A DNA stretch of 64,000 nt from Eledone cirrhosa. Its lineage: Eukaryota. The notes under the pieces are model-generated. The model worked only from the letters and a program-made list of their open reading frames with translations, ran no database searches and was not told the DNA's origin. The stretch's first letter is position 1. Every line of letters starts with the position of its first letter. Location of the stretch: positions 249,116,001-249,180,000 of the forward strand of contig OZ024743.1 in the NCBI GenBank assembly GCA_964016885.1. The letters run 5' to 3'. This document shows positions 40,915-53,500 of the stretch, in pieces. The position numbers and the translations under genes are program-made.

Positions 40915-41014
40915 CCATAAGAAGATGAAATGCTTTATCTGCCAGTTGAAACTCAACTTCATCATATATACTCTCCTTTAGGACTTGTAGATCATCAGTC
41001 AGTTTTCTGATTTC
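40915..41014 (-). CDS. CCDC162-like exon (EIRKLTDDLQVLKESIYDEVEFQLADKAFHLLM)
   Basis: gacag acceptor, gtcagt donor; phase 0 to 1. Confidence 0.85.
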
Positions 41015-41069
41015 CTGTCAATAACAGATAAAATAAGAAGTTAAAATATTATATATATATATATATATA

Positions 41070-42085
41070 TTCCTCACTATAGTCATTAATTCTAACCTTG
41101 CTAACAGCTCTTCTATAAATGGCTTGTACAGCCTTCACAAACCACTCCTAGTTTTCTTTGAGCCCACCAGATTATGACATGGGGTCTCTGTCAAAAGCTT
41201 CTTCAGATCAATAAATGACAAGGAGAGGGGCTTACCTTTAGCTAGGTACTTCTGTAGTTGCCTCATAGGGAAGAGGGCATCGGTGGTACTTTTACCTAGC
41301 ATAAATCCAAACTGTAACTCATCTAGGTTAAGTTGGTCCCTAATCAGCTGTGCTATAACTCTTTCTGTGACCTTCATGACCTGGTCTATCAGCTTGATGC
41401 CTCTATATTTCTCTCTGTCATCTCCTTCACCCTTGTAGCAGTTGATGATGCTGCTACTACACCAGTCATTGGGAATGACACCATTTTGTATAACTTGATT
41501 TACAATACATGTAGTAAAGGTGTGACCCACCATCCCAGATGCTTTTAGCATTTCAGCAACTATCCCCAATGCTTTCCCCATCTTCATATCCTTAATTGCC
41601 TTACTACACTGTTACTGAATTGTACAGCTGGACCTTCTATTGGATCCACTTGGTGTAGTGTATCTTCTGGCCATGCATTCTCCTCATTCAGTAATCTTTC
41701 ATGATGGCACTTCCATGCTACTCTCTTTTCAGCATCAGTGAGGGCAAGTACTCTGTTATCATTTCAGACACACTTCTCCCCAACAACATCCCAATTTTCC
41801 TTAACACACTACCTCGCAATCCTGAACATTTCATGTCTTTGGTTCCCACATCGCAAAACGAGCTTAAATTTTTTATTTTCTGCTTCACTCCTTGCAAAGT
41901 ATACTTGTTGCCTAGCTTCCTGGTAGTGTACTTCGCTTTCTCTATTCTGCCATTTTTTCCATACCTGTTTCTTGGTCTTAATTGTCTCATCCACCTTATT
42001 ATTCAACCACAAATCACTCTCCTTCTCCCTGGAGCCCTTCTCAGGTCATAGAACTCTTTTGTTGCCTTCAGCAAGTTTTCTCACA
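41070..42085 (-). mobile_element. decayed RTE LINE RT fragment
   Basis: GIVAEMLKASG, YRGIKL, QFGFM..KSTTDA, FIDLKK motifs. Confidence 0.85.
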
Positions 42086-43004
42086 GTAACATCCACTGCT
42101 CCTCTATTTTGTATATCTTTATTTATTTATATCTATTTAAAAACCTATCATAATTTTATGTTACCCTATGTTCCAAACACCAACTTAATAATGAGAAAGT
42201 TATTATCACTAAATCCTACTAAATTCATGATTATTCTCAAACATCACCACTTACTTTTGCTATGGGGATGTGGTTTTCCATCACCTCCACTCTCATGCAC
42301 ACAAACATGCAAATATAAATACATTTTCATTATTCTTTTTACAACCGCTTTTCCATTCTTGCATGAGTCTTCTCCAGTACAGCTTTGTTTCACTTATTGC
42401 TTTCCTTCCTCATCCCGTCTGTGAGATCTCAGACTCACCACTTCTGCCCATATCTTTCTCAGTCTATTACTACCCCATCTTCCTTCCACATGGAATACCT
42501 ATCCTTCTTTACCCAAACATCATCATTCATGCACATTACATCCCAATACCAATGCAATCTTCTCTCTTGCACACTACATCTGATTCCTCCTTTTATCCTC
42601 AGTTTTTGTCTCAACTCATCTATAGTTCATCATTCACACACATTACACAACCAATAACAATTTCTTTTATTGGTTTCAGTCATTAGAATGTGGCCTTGGT
42701 GGAGCATCATATTAAAGGGACTTAGTTAATCATATTGAGCCCAATACCTATTTTTCAAGCCTGGTACTTATTTTATCCATCTCTTTTTGTTGAACCACTA
42801 AGTTACAAGACACAAGCATAAATAAAGATGCACACAGACACTCATATAAATGTTTTTTTTCACAGTTTCTGTGTCATGAATTTAACTCACAAGACATTGG
42901 TTAACCCAAGGCTACTAGAAGGAGTCAAGCACTGGGAGTGAACCTGAAAGGATGTGGTTGTAAAGTGAAGTCCTTAACTGCACAACCATGCCTATACTTC
43001 TTAC

Positions 43005-43068
43005 CTGTTCCCTGTCATAAAGCAGGTTATGATAGTTTCTCATCATACTTTCATAATAATTGGTGTAA
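43005..43068 (-). CDS. CCDC162-like exon (YTNYYESMMRNYHNLLYDREQ)
   Basis: tttacag acceptor, gtaaga donor; phase 2 to 0. Confidence 0.87.
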
Positions 43069-43669
43069 CTGTAAAAAAAAAATAATAATTTCAAATGAAT
43101 GAATGAATGGTGATGATTGCAGTGGAGGTGGTGATAATGGTGGTATATATAATAATTTAATATGCTAGCAAGGATTGGCTGGGTCATCACAGACCAAGTC
43201 AGTACTTTATTGAAGCTACTGAGTGCTCAGATGAACCAGGGGCTACACCTCACTTACATTCCCACATATTACAGAGTGTAGAGGTTGCATTTTATCAGAG
43301 CACCAGCACTAAGAAGGTTTTCATGTCTTTGACATAACGGAAAAGTACTCTTGACCCTTTATTTGACAAGCTTTCTAATGCTGGTTGCCCTTTCTATCAC
43401 CAACCATTTTACAGAGTGTACAGGATGTATTTTATTGTCACACCAGCATTAGAAAGGTTGGCATGTCTTTGACATAACTGAAAAATCCTCTTGACTTTTT
43501 GTTTAGCAATTCTTCTATGGCCAGATGCACTTCCTATCATTAATAAATGTACTGGATGCATTGTGGCATCAGTCCTCTCTATCCTGGAGAGGTGGGGTAG
43601 AAGATACCAATGCATGTATTATTTTGTTATTTTTCTGAATTGACAAATCATTATTGCAATGCTATCAAA

Positions 43670-43850
43670 TAATTGTTTCTACTTTAGGCACAAGGCCAGC
43701 AATTACCCAGTGCATTACTGGTACTTTATTTTATCGACCCCGTAAGGATGAAAGGCAAAGTCAACCTCGGCGGGATTTGAACTCAGATCGTAAAGGGACG
43801 TAACTATGCTGGAAAGCATGGCGTCCGACCCTCTACCGATATTGCCATTT
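43670..43850 (-). mobile_element. SINE family A, well-preserved copy
   Basis: Reverse complement of the tRNA-like head and core; near-identical to 58122-58303. Confidence 0.85.
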
Positions 43851-44206
43851 CAAATAATCCCACTAGATTCTAACTTTTAAATAAAATTACATTTGTTAGA
43901 TTACACTGGTCTACAAAACTTTGCTTTTCTGCTGACCTAAGTTTGAAACCTGTTCTTGAGTAATTTGGGGCTGCTGAGTTTAAAAATGACAATACTTTTT
44001 TTCTATCATGCCAAGTTTTTTTTATATATGGGCTGGTCTATACTGGTCCCATCCATAGTTACAAGAGATATCATAGGTAATAATTTATGACAATATTTTA
44101 TTTTATCAATGTATTTAGACATCTTTTTATCTATCTAGATACTACTAGAAATATGAATATATTATATCTAATAATTATTTTCCCTCTTTTTAGATTGATT
44201 TTAAGA

Positions 44207-44295
44207 AACAGATCATTTGGATTGGCCGACATAGATAATTAGGTTAATAGTTATTAACCTAATTATCTATGTCAGGCCAATCCAAATGATCTGTT
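44207..44295. repeat. near-perfect 89-bp palindrome
   Basis: AACAGATCATTTGGATTGGCC-GACATAGATAATTAGGTTAATA / reverse complement with a single 1-nt bulge, 2-nt centre. Confidence 0.95.
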
Positions 44296-44953
44296 ACTGG
44301 TTGTGGACGCAGCATTTCCAAATGGTTAAGAGATTTGCTTTGCAATCATTAAGTTGTAGGTTCAATCCCACTGCATGACATCTTAGACAAGTGTTATTTA
44401 CCATAGCCTCATGTTGATCTATGCCTTATGAATGAAATTGGGTAGATGGGAACTGTGTAGAAGCCTGTTTGATATATACTGTAACTGTAATTCAAAGGGC
44501 TAGTACCTTGTCACATACTGTGTCAGAGTAAATCTCCTTGAGAATTATGCTAGTGGTTCACATGTCTGTGGAATGCTCAGCCACTTACGCAATAAAACAA
44601 TTAGAACACTCATCACTGAAACCAAGGAAATTCCAGTGATCCATCATTACCCATTTCATCCTTGGGTCATTAACAATGTCTCGCTAAAATTTCACGCTAT
44701 TGTGTTGAGGGTGAATGTGCACCCTGCCTACAAGGGGGGATGAACTCAACATGGAGTCAACAGCCATTCATGAAACAATTAAGGCTTTTGAGTCTAGTAT
44801 TCACTTTCTTAGCAACCCTCGCATCAGGTTGTCTCTCTCAGTTGTATTGGATTTGCTGTTCATCTGACCTAAAGAGACAAGAGTCACTCAAAGTGGCTTT
44901 AATTCAGACATAGTTAAGATTATCATCAACTCATATTAACTCTTAACATCCTT

Positions 44954-44954
<1 letters not shown>

Positions 44955-44984
<30 letters not shown>

Positions 44985-45217
44985 AAGAAGAAGAAGAAGA
45001 AGAAGAAGAAGAAGAAGAAGAAGAAGAAGAAGAAGAAGAAGAAGAAGAAGAAGAAGAAGAAGAAGAAGAAGAAGAAGAAAAATAAAAAGAAGAAGAATAA
45101 AAAGAAGAATAAAAAGAATAAAAAGAAGAATAAAAAGAAGAAGAATAAAAAGAAGAAGAAGAAGAAGAAGAAGAAGAAGAAGAAGAAGAAGAAGAAGAAG
45201 AAGAAGAAGAAGAAGAA
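44955..45217. repeat. long (AAG)n microsatellite
   Basis: Directly visible. Confidence 0.97.
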
Positions 45218-45310
45218 TGATGTTGATAATGATTATGCTAGTAATGTGTACAATGATGCTGCTGCCTGTAATAATTGTACTGATGGTGTCAATAATGAAT
45301 TGAAACATAC

Positions 45311-45492
45311 CTTTCATATGCTAACTTCTCTCTGGCAATTATACTTTGTGAAAGACTTTGTAAACATGCGTTCAGGTGAGTAGTGGAAAATAGTATAGCT
45401 ACAGGTGTGACTGACTGTACATTGGACAGCAACATTGTCCTAAAACTACACATTATGTTAGGAGCGTGTGTCTGGTAAAAACTCTTTGTCAC
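45311..45492 (-). CDS. CCDC162-like exon (VTKSFYQ...HLNACLQSLSQSIIAREKLAYE)
   Basis: tttcag acceptor, gtatgt donor; phase 0 to 2; resembles the HL.ACL.SL...MARE..FE pattern recalled for CCDC162. Confidence 0.87.
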
Positions 45493-46235
45493 CTGAAACA
45501 ACAGAAAACTGAATTTGACTAAGCAGTTAATATTATCATCATCATCGTTTGATGTCTATCTTCCATGCTAGCATGGGTTATACTTTTACTTTTTAGTGGT
45601 TTAAAGGGCAGTGGATTGATAGCATCAACTTTGTCATTCAACCTTCCGGGGTTGATAAAATTAAGTACCAGTTAAGTACTAGGCTCAATATAATTGACTT
45701 TCGCCTTCCTAGAAATTGCTGGCCATGTGCTTATGTTTTAAAATAATTATTTTACTTGTTTCAATCATTAGACTGCAGCCATGCTGGAGCATCATCTTCA
45801 TTTAGATAATCATATTGACCTCTAGGCAGCGAATTAGCAGAGCCATTAGAATATCGAATAGCATTCTGACCCTCTGCTCTCTGAGTTCAAGTCTTGCCCA
45901 GGTCAACTTTGTCTTTCGTCTATTTAAGGTCGATAAGAAAAATACCAGTCTAATACTGGGTCGATTCTTCCTCTATATCTCTTTCTCACTTCCATTCTCT
46001 CACTCTCTATCTTTCTCTGGAAGAAATCAGCTGTATTCAGACCTGGAGAGGAGTTGGGCTCTGCCAGGTTTTAAAAATGCCCCACAAAACACTATATGTT
46101 AATACAGCACCCCTCAGACTCCCTTGGGAGTTATGGGTTCATACATACACTGACTGCTAACCCAATATTTAAAAAAAAAACTGGTACTTATTTGATTAAT
46201 CCCTCTTTGTTGAACAGCTAGGTTACAGGACATAA

Positions 46236-46365
46236 GCACACATTACACACGTAATGACAGACATACATGCACACATTACACACGTAATGACAGACATACA
46301 TGCACACATTACACACGTAATGACATACATACATGCATACACAATGACATACATACATACATACA
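46236..46365. repeat. 33-bp tandem repeat decaying into (ACAT)n
   Basis: GCACACATTACACACGTAATGACAGACATACAT repeated ~3 times. Confidence 0.85.
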
Positions 46366-46439
46366 TGATGGCTGCAACTTGATTTCAAGTAATGCTATTG
46401 CTTAATACTGAGCAGCATGGGCATGGCTTTTTAGTCCTG

Positions 46440-47180
46440 CTAAGGACTTGCATACTCTTGCACAGATGTTGCAGTACGTGTGACAGTACTGTTTTGGTGC
46501 ACTTTCAAATGACGTTTCAGTCCACCAATTGAAGTACATTCTTTTGCACACTCCCCGCAAACAGAAATGCCATACAATGCACAGTTGACAGTGTCCCTAC
46601 ATACATGCCTTCCCTGATGACTTCCAAGGCTCACCCTACTTAGACATAACTGGCCACATTCTTTACAGGTTAAATCAACCTGCATGCCAAGATACTCAGG
46701 CAAACCAAACTCAAAGGCCCTTATGAGCACAACACAGTTTCTTTCAAATTTAAATTCTTCCCTCCCATCATGCACTGCTTTCCTCCAGGAAAGTCAATTT
46801 AGAGCATGGTTCGCCCAGTCATTCTCTGATATTTTCATCTTTCCCAGTGTGCTTTTAATGCAATCTCAATTTGGTTTGTACACCAGTAATTTACCTCTGA
46901 TCAGCTTACCATACAGGAACTGCCTAGGGATGCGATCATCCATTCTCACTACATGACCACACCATCTTAATTAATGCTGAATATAAGAGACTCTATACTG
47001 GTAGACTGACTGCGTTTGAGGACTTCAGTGTCACTCATGTATGTTTTCCAGTAGATGCCCTGTATACGTCAAAGACACTGTTGGTGAAAGCGCTCCAGCC
47101 TTTTGAGATGCCTTCAGTAAGTGATCCAGGTCTCAGATGCATACAACAAAGAGGACAAAACACAAGCGCTATACACTTTT
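46440..47180 (-). mobile_element. RTE (BovB-like) LINE 3' fragment with C-terminal C2H2 zinc fingers
   Basis: LLYASETW, LERFHQQCL, LRWCGHVVR-like motifs, then CxxC...H fingers (CKECGQLC...H; CGECAKECTSIGGLKRHLKVH). Confidence 0.75.
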
Positions 47181-47567
47181 AACATACATGCATACATACA
47201 TGCATACATACATACATACATGCATACATACATACATACATACATACATACTGTGGGCTTCTATTCAGTTCCTGCCTACCAAATTTCCCTTACAAGGCAA
47301 TAGTCAACCCATAGCTATAGTAGAAGGCACCTGCCTAAGTTGCCTCCAGTGGGGCTGAATCTGAAACCACATAGTTGTGAAACGAACTCATTAACCATAC
47401 AGCTTTGCCTAGAAATAATTTTGAGGTGAATGAAATAAGTCATGGTCACTGACTCTAAACTGCAGCAGGGTTTCACCTAAAACAGTTGATCTTTCCAGCA
47501 TTATATCTGTTTATTCAGTCTTATAGAATTAACAGGGAAATATCCTTTTAATCAGTTTATAGCATCT

Positions 47568-47815
47568 TTTACCATTTTGATACCAAACTACCTGAAACCA
47601 GTCTTATTTCTATGATACCAAACTGTTTGTTTTAAAATGTTTATATTTATCTAAAAACCTTCTATCTTTATGTAAATTTTATGTAAGAATCATTGTTAAG
47701 TTATACTCCAAACACCAGCTTAATAATGAGAAAACTAGTTATATTAATGAATCCCTCCATATTGTTGATTACTTTCAATTGTTTTTCATAAGAAATATAG
47801 TAACAAATGGGTTAA
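47568..47815. mobile_element. piggyBac-type MITE
   Basis: Same internal sequence as other copies; ends GGG-TTAA. Confidence 0.7.
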
Positions 47816-47903
47816 TTATACTAGTGAAATATATTATAAAATGATAAAAAGATGAAAAATATAGAAATAAGTTTATAAAAAAATACACCAAGTTTATAAG
47901 AGA

Positions 47904-48705
47904 CTAGCAGCAGTATCCAGTGTTGCCTGGGTAGGTAAAATAATATCTGCTTTGATGAAAAGGTGTTGATCTTAGTGACTGGTTCTCGATGACTCATCTA
48001 TGGCCACACACAGGCCATGCGGGGGAGGGTGGTGATGACCTCTATCACTGGGAAATGCGGGTGACTGACGAAGGGGCATGCTGAGGGAGGGAGTTTCGAA
48101 TTTGAATGAAATCGAATGAAAAATGTGGGAGCTAAAGCTGACAAGGCGGATATTTGAGCGAAAAGGTGGTATTTTCGAATATTTAAGCGGCTGCCACGCC
48201 GTTCCTGAACAAAAGATCCAAAATGTAAAGCCACTTTAAGACGTGAAATAATCAGATCTAGCGTAGTGTAAAATTTGAACAAAGTAGGTTGATTAATGTA
48301 GAAGCTAGCCGAAAAAGTGGAAATTTGAGTCTAAAAGTGGTATTTTTGAATATTTAAGCGGCTGCCACGCCGTCCCTGAACAACAAATGCAAAATATAAA
48401 GCCATTACAGGATGTGCAATGATAAATTCTATTTTTCTTTAAAATTTGAACGAAGTCGGTGGCAAAATGTGGGAGCCAGAGCCAAAAATCTTATTTTTCG
48501 ATACCTAAAAAAAGTTGCCCCCCCCCATCGATTTTTATCTGCAGAATGACCCCGGAATAAAAAAACGATACGCTGATATATAGAAAACACTCCCAGATGA
48601 CTAATCTATGAGCGTGTAAAGTTTCATGAAAATCGCTCATAAGATGTAGGCCCCTATAGGAAATACACAGACACACACACATACTTAATTTTATATATAT
48701 ACAGA
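47904..48705 (-). mobile_element. non-autonomous Helitron
   Basis: Minus strand: 5' TC at 48705, 3' subterminal CCCAGGCAACACTGG hairpin remnant and CTAG at 47904, inserted between A and T; internal ~175-bp tandem duplication. Confidence 0.8.
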
Positions 48706-49127
48706 TTTGAGTTATTATAAAAAAAATTAAAAGAAGAACACATTAGATAGTTCAGTGTTGGACATATTATGTCAGAATAAGATGGAATAGTCCAGTACAC
48801 ACTGGAAAAAAGAAAATTAAGATCAGAAGTAATGACTGTGTATAGACAATAAGAGCATCAAAATTGTAGCGGCAGTCCTGTCACCAGGATTTGGTCTTGG
48901 GGAAAGGGTGCTTCTGAATATTCTGGGTGGGCACTCTTTCACAAGAAACATATTTCAGGATGTTTTTTTTTATAAACTTTATTTTCAAAATCTGAGGGTG
49001 CATAATTGAACAGTATGGTGTGGGGTGGCAGTGACATCTACCAGCTCTCTTCATACATCTCAAATAAATTACATAGAATGCTTCACTTCCAACAATCTAG
49101 GAAACAAACCAAATTCAAAGTGCTTAC

Positions 49128-49340
49128 CAATATGTCCGAACACTGAAGAGCCGAACTCCCACTGTCATCGCTTCCATCTCTCTCGCCCTCCCCATGTATT
49201 ATGAGCAAATGGGGTCCCACATGCTGGCCGCCCCACAGCCCCAGCGAACAGGATGGAGAAGACCTTTCCCCAGAGGATGATAAGGGAGATGCACTGGAAG
49301 AGCCATTCTATCTCGTGAGGCTCACACCTGTGGCTGGCCA
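49128..49340 (-). mobile_element. CRE/RLE-type non-LTR retrotransposon 3' remnant
   Basis: EPHEIEWLFQCISLIILWGKVFSIL resembles the RLE C-terminal LFQRIS.AIQRGNA motif. Confidence 0.5.
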
Positions 49341-49344
49341 AATC

Positions 49345-50252
49345 TGGTCCAGAGCAATCCAATCCAGCCTGATCTCAATCTGATCCAGTCTGGTCCAATC
49401 CAGTTTGATCCAATCCAGGCTGATCCGGTCCAGTTTGATCTGATCCGGTCTGACCCAATCCAGCATGATCCGATCTAGTCTGATCCACTTCAGTTTGATC
49501 CAATATAGCTTGATCAGATTCGTTTTGATCCAATCCACTCTGATCTGATGTGGTCTGATTAGATCTGGTTTAATCCAATCCAGTCTGAACCAGTCCAGTC
49601 AGATCCGTTCCAGTCTGATCCAATCCAGTCTGATCCAATCTAGTCTAATCCGATCCAGTCTGATCCAATCCGGTCTGATCTGGTCCATTTTGATCCGATT
49701 CGGTTTGATACAATCCAGTCAGATCTGATCCAATGCTGTCCAATCCAGTTTGATCTAATCCAGTCCTGTTTGATCTGATCAGTATTGATCTGATCTGTTC
49801 AGATCTGATTTGGATTGATCCAATCCAGCTTGATATAATCCGGTCTTATCCAATTCAGTCTGAACCAGTCTGATCTGATTCAGTTTGATCCAATCTGGTC
49901 TGATCCGATCCAGTCCAGTTTGATCTGATATGGTTTGATTCGATTTGCTTTGATCCAATCCGGTCTGATCTGATTTAATCCAATTCAGTCTGATCCAATT
50001 CAGTCAGATCTGTTCCAGTTTGATCCAATCCAGTCTGATCCGATCTGGTCTAATCCAATCTGGTCTGATCCTGTCCAGTTTGATCCAATCTGATCTGATC
50101 CATCCCTGGTTGATCTGAGTAGGTTTGATCTGATCTAGTCAGATCTGATTTGGATTGATCCAATCCAGTTTTATCCGATGCGGTCTAATCTGATCCAATT
50201 TAATCTGGCCTGATTTGATCTGATCTGATCTGGTCAGAATTGGACTGGATCA
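49345..50252. repeat. degenerate pentanucleotide array with 15-bp super-period (TGATC-CAATC-CAGTC)
   Basis: ~900 bp of phase-preserving 5-mer variants. Confidence 0.92.
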
Positions 50253-50255
50253 TGC

Positions 50256-50293
<38 letters not shown>

Positions 50294-50295
<2 letters not shown>

Positions 50296-50464
50296 CAAAG
50301 GAATTGTGGTAAGGAACCAGATGGACCATAACGCACCAAAGTACTCAATACTTAGGGTAGTAGAGTGGGAAATAGGAAAAAGTATGACCCCGACGGCAGA
50401 GCTCAAGCCGTTTTGACGGCTATTTCGAAATGGCTTGAGCTCTGCCATCGGGGTCATACTTTTT

Positions 50465-50469
<5 letters not shown>
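50294..50469. mobile_element. fold-back remnant, probably a Penelope pseudo-LTR fragment, inside (TA)n
   Basis: 42-bp inverted arms 50372-50413 / 50428-50469; minus strand of the loop reads CGAAATAGCCGTC (hammerhead 3' half-like). Confidence 0.5.
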
Positions 50470-50509
<40 letters not shown>

Positions 50510-50516
<7 letters not shown>

Positions 50517-53500
50517 TATAAAACGGTAGATGTCTGTCTGTCTGTGTGTATGCTTTTTATGCATTTCCACATTTCTCTACCGCTTTTGATGAATTTTTTT
50601 CTAATGGGCTCCAAATTTACCAGGGCAGGTCAACACGTAATTATTTTTGCCAAAAATGTCCTGCTTCTATGAAAAAAAATTGATAAAACTAAATACATGC
50701 TGTAACTCTCTCTCTTACACGCTTCATTCCTCTCACTACTACCATCAAAAATATATGAAACTACATACATGTTGCAACTCTCTTTAAAAGGTTAATCCTT
50801 TCCTCTACTCCACTCTCAATCTCCTCTGCAACTCTCTTTAAAAGGTTCATCACTCTCTCTACTCCCCCCTCAATCTCCTCTGCAACTCTCTTTAAAAGGT
50901 TACTGCCTCCGTCTACTACCCTATCAACATTACAATTTAGAACGACAAAACTTCTTTTGAAGGAACGCGACACAAACTTTGAAACCTAAGCAACACAACA
51001 ACCATAGCTTTACTCTCTCCGTCGCTCTTCCCTCTCTCTACAATAGATTATTCCCCCTCTCTACAGTCATAACGACACTCATACATCAAATATCAAAATT
51101 TAAAAAGCCGATAACACTAAATACATACTGCTCTCTCAACGTTACATTTTACATCAAATAACAAATATTCAAAAGCAACAGATGAATTTATAAAACAACA
51201 AACGTAACACTAACGACCTCTCTATAATTTAACTGCTTTACTCTCTCTATCGCTCTTCACTCCCCATATGACAACACTGCAGAGAGAGAAACAATGTATA
51301 TGATCAAATGGAGCGTTCCATATATTCCCCCTCTCTATAATTTAACTGCTTTACTCTCTCTGTCTCTCTTCACTCCCTATATGACAACACTGCAGAGAGA
51401 GAAACAATGTATATGATCAAATGGAGCGTTCCGTATATTCCCCCTCTCTATAATTTAACTGCTTTACTCACTGACGCTCTTCACTCCCTATATGACAACA
51501 CTGCAGTAGAGCGTTCCGTATTGGCATACGGCTTATCTGGGGCATTTTCAATCGGCTTATTGCAAATAACAACCCGCACAATAACACTTCATATAACAGA
51601 TTAATGCTATAGACATATGAATCGGAATGTAACCCATGAACTTTTTCCTGGGCAAAATTATTCGAACAGACATGACCTCATTGCCAGAGTGTTCAGACTG
51701 AAAGTTGCTAAACTCATGGCTTTAATAAAAAAGGTCAGGTATTTGGGGCTGTAAAATGTGACGTGTTCACCGTCGAATGGCAAAAACGAGGGCTGCCACA
51801 TGCTCACATTTTGATTTGGTTAGCTGATAAAATCAATTCAAATGCCATAGACAGCTTCATTTCGGCTGAAATCCCTAACCCAGCAACTGACCAGGAATTA
51901 CATGACATCGTCAAAGCTAACATGGTCCGTGTGTGTCGGGTCCTAATGAGCATCACACGTGTCTAAAAGGGGGGTCGTGCAATAAGGGATACCCCAAAAA
52001 ATTTTTGACGAGACTCAGACTGGCGGAGACGGCCCGAGAACGGTGGCTTCACCACAACAGTAAAGGGAGGTCAAGTCGACAATAGATGGGAGGTCCCTTA
52101 CTGCCCGCTTCTCTTGAAGATGTTCAACGCCCACATCAACGTTGAGTTTTGCAACTCCGTCAAGTTTATAAAATACATATGCAAATATGTAAATAAGGGC
52201 TCTGATGAGGTCACAGAATACCTGGCGGGGCGGTACATCAGTAGCAATGAAGCTTTTTGGTGCCTATTTGGTTTCCCCCTACACCAACGGCACCCCGCCA
52301 TCGTACAGCTTGCGGTACATTTGGAAAATGGGAAAAGGGTTTACTTTACGGACCAAACCGCCGCCGATCCGAAAGACACCACTCTGACAGGTTTCTTCAA
52401 ACTTTGCCAGTTCGATACATTTGCGCAAACAATTGTGTACCCCCAGGTTCCATCCGACTTTATATGGTCGAAAAACACTTGGGTGCGAAGAAAGTCAGGT
52501 CAGGCTGTTGAAAGACATCCTGGTGTAAAATTTGACAGCTGTCTTGGAAGGGTTTACACTGTGCCCCCAAGTCAGCATGAGTGCTTTCATCTCCGCCTGA
52601 AGTTGTAGGCCCACAAAGTTTTCAGGACCTCAAAACTGTTGATGGAGAAATATGTGATATGTACCGGGAAGCCTGCTTTAAGCGTGGTCTTTTGGGAGAT
52701 GATTCGCAATGGGAGCTTTGTTGAAATCACCTAAAGGTCTACGGGAACTCTTTGCCATTTTGTTTCAAAAGTGTGAATTGGGTGATCCCAAATCCTTATG
52801 GGTCAAGTACAGAGTCTTCATGTCTGAGGATTTCCTGCGCCTGGCTCATCTGCAGTATCCTTCAGTGGAAGTTGCTTACAGCGGCATTATCTACAACAGG
52901 GCACTCATTGATATCTAGGACGCCCTCCTCGACATAGGTGGGAGTGAGTTGGCGACGTATGGCTTGCCGTCAACCGTCACAGATGAAGCTAACACGTTGG
53001 CCCCGGATTTGTTGCGGGAAACAGCATATGACATCGAATCTCTTTCCCAATACTTAGAGGAAAATGAGCCCAAACGTCTGTCGGACAAAAGGTTGGCCTA
53101 TTTAACTATCATTGACGCGGTTCAAAATCAGACTGGGGGTATTTACTTTCTAGATGGTCCTGGGGGTAACGGAAAAACTTTTGTAACAAAATTGATTCCC
53201 GCTAAGATTCGTCAGGAGAAAAAAATTGCGTTGGCCGTTGCATCGTCCGGGATCACTGTTACTTTGCTGCCGAGAGGCAGGACAGCACATTCAACCTTTA
53301 AACTCCCCTTGGATTTAGTAAAAACTGAGACACCAAGATGCAATATCAGCAAGAGCTCACACGAAGCTCTGGTTCTCAAAAAATGTTGCCTCATTGTTTG
53401 GGATTAGTGCACAATGGCACACAAGGATGCCCTTGAAGCATTGGACAGGACCCTGAAAGACATTAGGGATTCTACGGCTCCTATGGGTGGCGTAACCCTT

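Noticed and set aside
44943-45317. Poly-Leu ORF (and poly-Arg ORF at 37207-37404)
   Set aside because: Translations of (AAG)n microsatellites.
48881-49100. Open frame after a minus-strand ctag that could be a CCDC162 exon
   Set aside because: No convincing donor or family-like sequence; exons 57676 and 45492 already join in phase.
49143-49160. CTGAAGAG hammerhead-like box (also minus strand near 26421-26428, and CTGATGAG at 32823)
   Set aside because: No stem II followed by GAAA and no stem I/III pairing.
49308-49538. Pentapeptide-repeat-like ORF (DWIKL)n
   Set aside because: By-product of the 15-bp DNA period; no splice or start context supporting a gene.
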